From the NCBI GenBank assembly GCA_965248915.1, contig OZ252216.1, positions 1,507,001 through 1,571,000 on the forward strand: a DNA stretch of 64,000 nt. The letters are read 5' to 3'. Positions 61,275-64,000 of the stretch are shown here, one piece after another (the stretch's first letter is position 1; each line of letters starts with the position of its first letter). This stretch comes from Alphaproteobacteria bacterium. Its GTDB lineage: Bacteria > Pseudomonadota > Alphaproteobacteria > M2410. A model generated the notes under the pieces. That model was not told where the DNA came from. It ran no database searches and saw only the letters and a list, made by a program, of their open reading frames with translations. A program made the position numbers and the translations under genes.

Positions 61275-61277
61275 ATT

Positions 61278-62063
61278 ATGTCACGATACAATTCACGACC
61301 AAAGATGTTTGCCATCGGTCTTCTTTCATGTGTGGTTTCCTCAACTGCAATGGCCGAGACAGACGAGAAACAAACAGCCTTTGGCGACGACCAAGTTGAT
61401 GCAATCGAACAAGTGATTTACGACTATCTGATGACCAATCCAGAAGTCATCATCGAAGCGGTTGAAGTCTTACAAGCGCGAGAAGAAGCTGAAGCCGCTG
61501 CAAAAATTGCGCAGACCCTTCGAGACAGTCATGATGATATTTACAATTCGCCTGACTCCCATGTTGCAGGAAATCCAGATGGTGATTTGACCATCGTCGA
61601 ATTCTTCGATTACAACTGCGGATATTGCAAACGCGGACTTGATGGACTCCTTGAAGCTGTCGAGGAAGATTCCAACGTACGATTGGTATTCAAAGAGTAT
61701 CCAATTTTGAGTGAGGACTCAGTTCTCGCGTCTCAAGCCGCTTTGGCCTCTCGCAACCAGGGCAAGTACATGGACTTTCATGTCGCGCTGATGCGCTCGA
61801 CCGGTGGCCTGTCTCAATCTCGCATTGATCAGATTGCAAAAAGCGTTGGCATCAATGTGAAGCAACTCCATAAAGATATGGAAGATCCCATGATCGTCGA
61901 CATGATTGCCGCAAACAAAGTGCTGGCTGACAATCTTTCGATCAGCGGCACGCCAAATTTCATAATCGCAGATCAAATATTTCCTGGGCTGATGGAAAAA
62001 GATCAACTTACAGCGGTTTTCGCTCAGCTTCGTGCAGCAAAGAAAGAAGCCGCGGTCAACTAG
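61278..62063 (+). CDS. DsbA-family thiol:disulfide oxidoreductase
   Basis: Thioredoxin-fold active site FFDYNCGYCKRG; signal peptide. Confidence 0.85.
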   Translation: MSRYNSRPKMFAIGLLSCVVSSTAMAETDEKQTAFGDDQVDAIEQVIYDYLMTNPEVIIEAVEVLQAREEAEAAAKIAQTLRDSHDDIYNSPDSHVAGNPDGDLTIVEFFDYNCGYCKRGLDGLLEAVEEDSNVRLVFKEYPILSEDSVLASQAALASRNQGKYMDFHVALMRSTGGLSQSRIDQIAKSVGINVKQLHKDMEDPMIVDMIAANKVLADNLSISGTPNFIIADQIFPGLMEKDQLTAVFAQLRAAKKEAAVN

Positions 62064-62064
62064 T

Positions 62065-62454
62065 CTATTCGTTTTCGACAACCGCATCGACTTCCACTTC
62101 GACGAGCCAGTCCTTATTGATAAAGCCAGACACCTCAACGAAGGTCGCCGCAGGCCGAACTTCGCGGAAAACTTCCTCGTGGGCGCGGGCGGCAGCTTCC
62201 CACTCTGCAATGTTTACCAACATGATGCGAGAGCGAGTTATGTCTCCAGGTCTTCCGCCGGCCTCCGCCACCGCCGCAACGATGATCTCGAGGCAACGCC
62301 GGGTCTGCCCGTAGACATCTCCTGGCGAAGTCGTTGTACCATCGTCCGCAATTGGAGCCGTGCCAGAAACAGCAATCACATTGCCAATCCGGCGAGCCCG
62401 GGAAAACCCAATTGACGCCTCAAACGGAGAGTCTGAGGAAACATTTTTCGCCAT
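62065..62454 (-). CDS. RidA/YjgF-family protein
   Basis: 129 aa with a chorismate-mutase-like fold pattern (…IAVSGTAP…GDITRSRIMLVN…EVEVDAVV). Confidence 0.7.
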   Translation of the reverse strand: MAKNVSSDSPFEASIGFSRARRIGNVIAVSGTAPIADDGTTTSPGDVYGQTRRCLEIIVAAVAEAGGRPGDITRSRIMLVNIAEWEAAARAHEEVFREVRPAATFVEVSGFINKDWLVEVEVDAVVENE

Positions 62455-62481
62455 CTCACTCCCTCACACGGTTCAAAGGGC

Positions 62482-63288
62482 CTAAATCAATCCCGCCAAG
62501 GGTGACGAAGGATCTGCATACATCTTCTTAGGCATTCGACCCGCCAGATAGGCGAGACGCCCAGCCTCAACCGCATGCTTCATGGCACGCGCCATGATGA
62601 TCGGGTCCCTAGCTCCCGCGATAGCTGTATTCATCAAGACACCATCACAACCAAGTTCCATCGCGACGGCTGCATCTGAGGCCGTTCCAACACCCGCATC
62701 TACTAAGACAGGAACCTTCGCCTCCTCAACGATAAGGCGGATGTTGACCGGGTTCTGAATACCCAAACCGGAACCAATGGGTGCCCCCAGGGGCATGATC
62801 GCGCAACACCCAATCTCCTCCAAGTGCTTGGCCTGGATCGGATCATCATTGCAATAAACCATCACCTCAAAGCCTTCTTTGATCAGCAATTCGGCCGCTC
62901 TAAGCGTCTCCGGCATATTTGGATAAAGAGTTTTCTCGTCGCCCAATACTTCAAGTTTGACCATAGTCCAACCACCGGCCTCACGAGCCAAACGCAATGT
63001 TCGAACCGCATCCTCACCGGTAAAACACCCCGCCGTGTTGGGTAGGTATTCGACTTTCTTTGGATCGATATAGTCCACCAACATGGGCTCATCGCGGTTT
63101 GAGAGGTTGACCCGGCGAACAGCCACCGTGACAATCTCCGCACCAGAGGCTTCAAGTGCCGCGGCATTTTCTGCATAGTCTTTGTATTTACCGGTCCCAA
63201 TGATCAGCCGTGACTTGTAGTGGCGACCCGCAATGACGAGATCATCACTCTTCTCGGAGATGCCTTGATCGATCACTGTGACTGTCAT
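62482..63288 (-). CDS. thiG: Thiazole synthase
   Basis: LIIGTGKY ... [12 protein letters not shown] motifs; 268 aa. Confidence 0.9.
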   Translation of the reverse strand: MTVTVIDQGISEKSDDLVIAGRHYKSRLIIGTGKYKDYAENAAALEASGAEIVTVAVRRVNLSNRDEPMLVDYIDPKKVEYLPNTAGCFTGEDAVRTLRLAREAGGWTMVKLEVLGDEKTLYPNMPETLRAAELLIKEGFEVMVYCNDDPIQAKHLEEIGCCAIMPLGAPIGSGLGIQNPVNIRLIVEEAKVPVLVDAGVGTASDAAVAMELGCDGVLMNTAIAGARDPIIMARAMKHAVEAGRLAYLAGRMPKKMYADPSSPLAGLI

Positions 63289-63330
63289 GTGTTCGCCTCT
63301 TCACTTTCCTTGAACGGCTGTTCGAGCAAC

Positions 63331-63537
63331 TCACCCGCCGCCGATAAAATGAACGATCTCTATTCTGTCGTCATTTTGTATTTGAACCTTTCCAAAGGCA
63401 GATTTGGGCACAATTTCCAGATTCCGCTCAATCGCTACTTTTCCCTCAGCCAAATCAAGCTCGACCAACAGGCCAGAAATCGTTGTATTTTCAGCTACCT
63501 CGCATGGATCACCATTCAATATTAGATTTATGGCCAC
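63331..63537 (-). CDS. thiS: Sulfur carrier protein ThiS
   Basis: 68 aa ending in the GG C-terminus (…[10 protein letters not shown]); apparent GTG start. Confidence 0.85.
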   Translation of the reverse strand: MAINLILNGDPCEVAENTTISGLLVELDLAEGKVAIERNLEIVPKSAFGKVQIQNDDRIEIVHFIGGG

Positions 63538-63678
63538 TTGCGCCCTATCCTCAAATCACCATATCCAAACTCGCCGAAACAATTGTGTTTTCAGGGCTTT
63601 GGGTATAACAACAGCCGAAATGGAAATGCCTGCACCAAATTGGCGCAAACAGAGACGTCAACAAAGAGAGTTCGACCA

Positions 63679-64000
63679 ATGTCGTCAACTATATTCGTTC
63701 TCAATGGCCCCAATCTAAATCTATTGGGCCAAAGAGAAATCGAGGTCTACGGGCCGACGACCATGGTGGATATCGAGAAAAATTGCACAACAAGAGCCAA
63801 AGAGCTTGGTGCATCGATTGACTTCAGACAATCAAACCACGAAGGCGTCATCGTCGACTGGATCCAAGAAGCAAGGGACAAAGCCGACGGAATTGTCATC
63901 AATGCGGCAGCACTAACCCACACGTCGCAGGCGATCCCCGACGCCCTCCGCGCCTTTGAGGGACCTATCATCGAAGTTCATCTTTCCAACATCTTTGCCC
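63679..64000 (+). CDS. aroQ: Type II 3-dehydroquinate dehydratase; N-terminal part, the gene runs past the window end
   Basis: Translation [28 protein letters not shown]...SNHEG...[10 protein letters not shown] matches AroQ. It is absent from the ORF track because no stop codon falls inside the window. Confidence 0.8.
   Translation, partial: MSSTIFVLNGPNLNLLGQREIEVYGPTTMVDIEKNCTTRAKELGASIDFRQSNHEGVIVDWIQEARDKADGIVINAAALTHTSQAIPDALRAFEGPIIEVHLSNIFA

Noticed and set aside
1-64000. rRNA, tRNA, integrase, transposase or IS elements
   Set aside because: No cloverleaf-like tRNA sequences were found in the intergenic regions, there are no rRNA-like stretches, and no ORF has DDE, tyrosine-recombinase or serine-recombinase signatures.

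Overview
The window is a chromosomal segment from an alphaproteobacterium, roughly 55% GC by eye. It is dense with conserved housekeeping genes: propionyl-CoA carboxylase (pccB and the N-terminal part of pccA), topoisomerase IV ParE, a DEAD-box helicase, a complete Rrf2-nifS-sufBCDS-DUF59-sufA Fe-S assembly operon, anmK, tyrS, bcp, prfB with its +1 programmed frameshift, mrcA, an AmiC-like amidase, rne with a long 5' leader, thiS-thiG and the start of aroQ. Between these core blocks sit several accessory-looking modules. The most notable one lies inside the pcc locus, between pccA (starts 1464, minus) and pccB (7697..9229). It holds a 742-aa protein with an N-terminal TIR domain, a middle domain otherwise seen in TPR-containing adenylate cyclases, and C-terminal TPR repeats. 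Next to it are a secreted S41 peptidase, a lipoprotein, a DUF4282 membrane protein and a small secreted protein. A degenerate, frameshifted ~125-bp copy of the TIR-TPR gene's 3' end flanks the S41 peptidase gene. Other modules are an M23 peptidase with two bactofilins, a DUF3604/parvulin-like/HupE-UreJ cluster, a PepSY/cytochrome b561/membrane LuxR cluster, and an FMO gene (candidate trimethylamine monooxygenase) in one operon with crcB. I found no rRNA or tRNA genes, CRISPR arrays, integrases or transposases.
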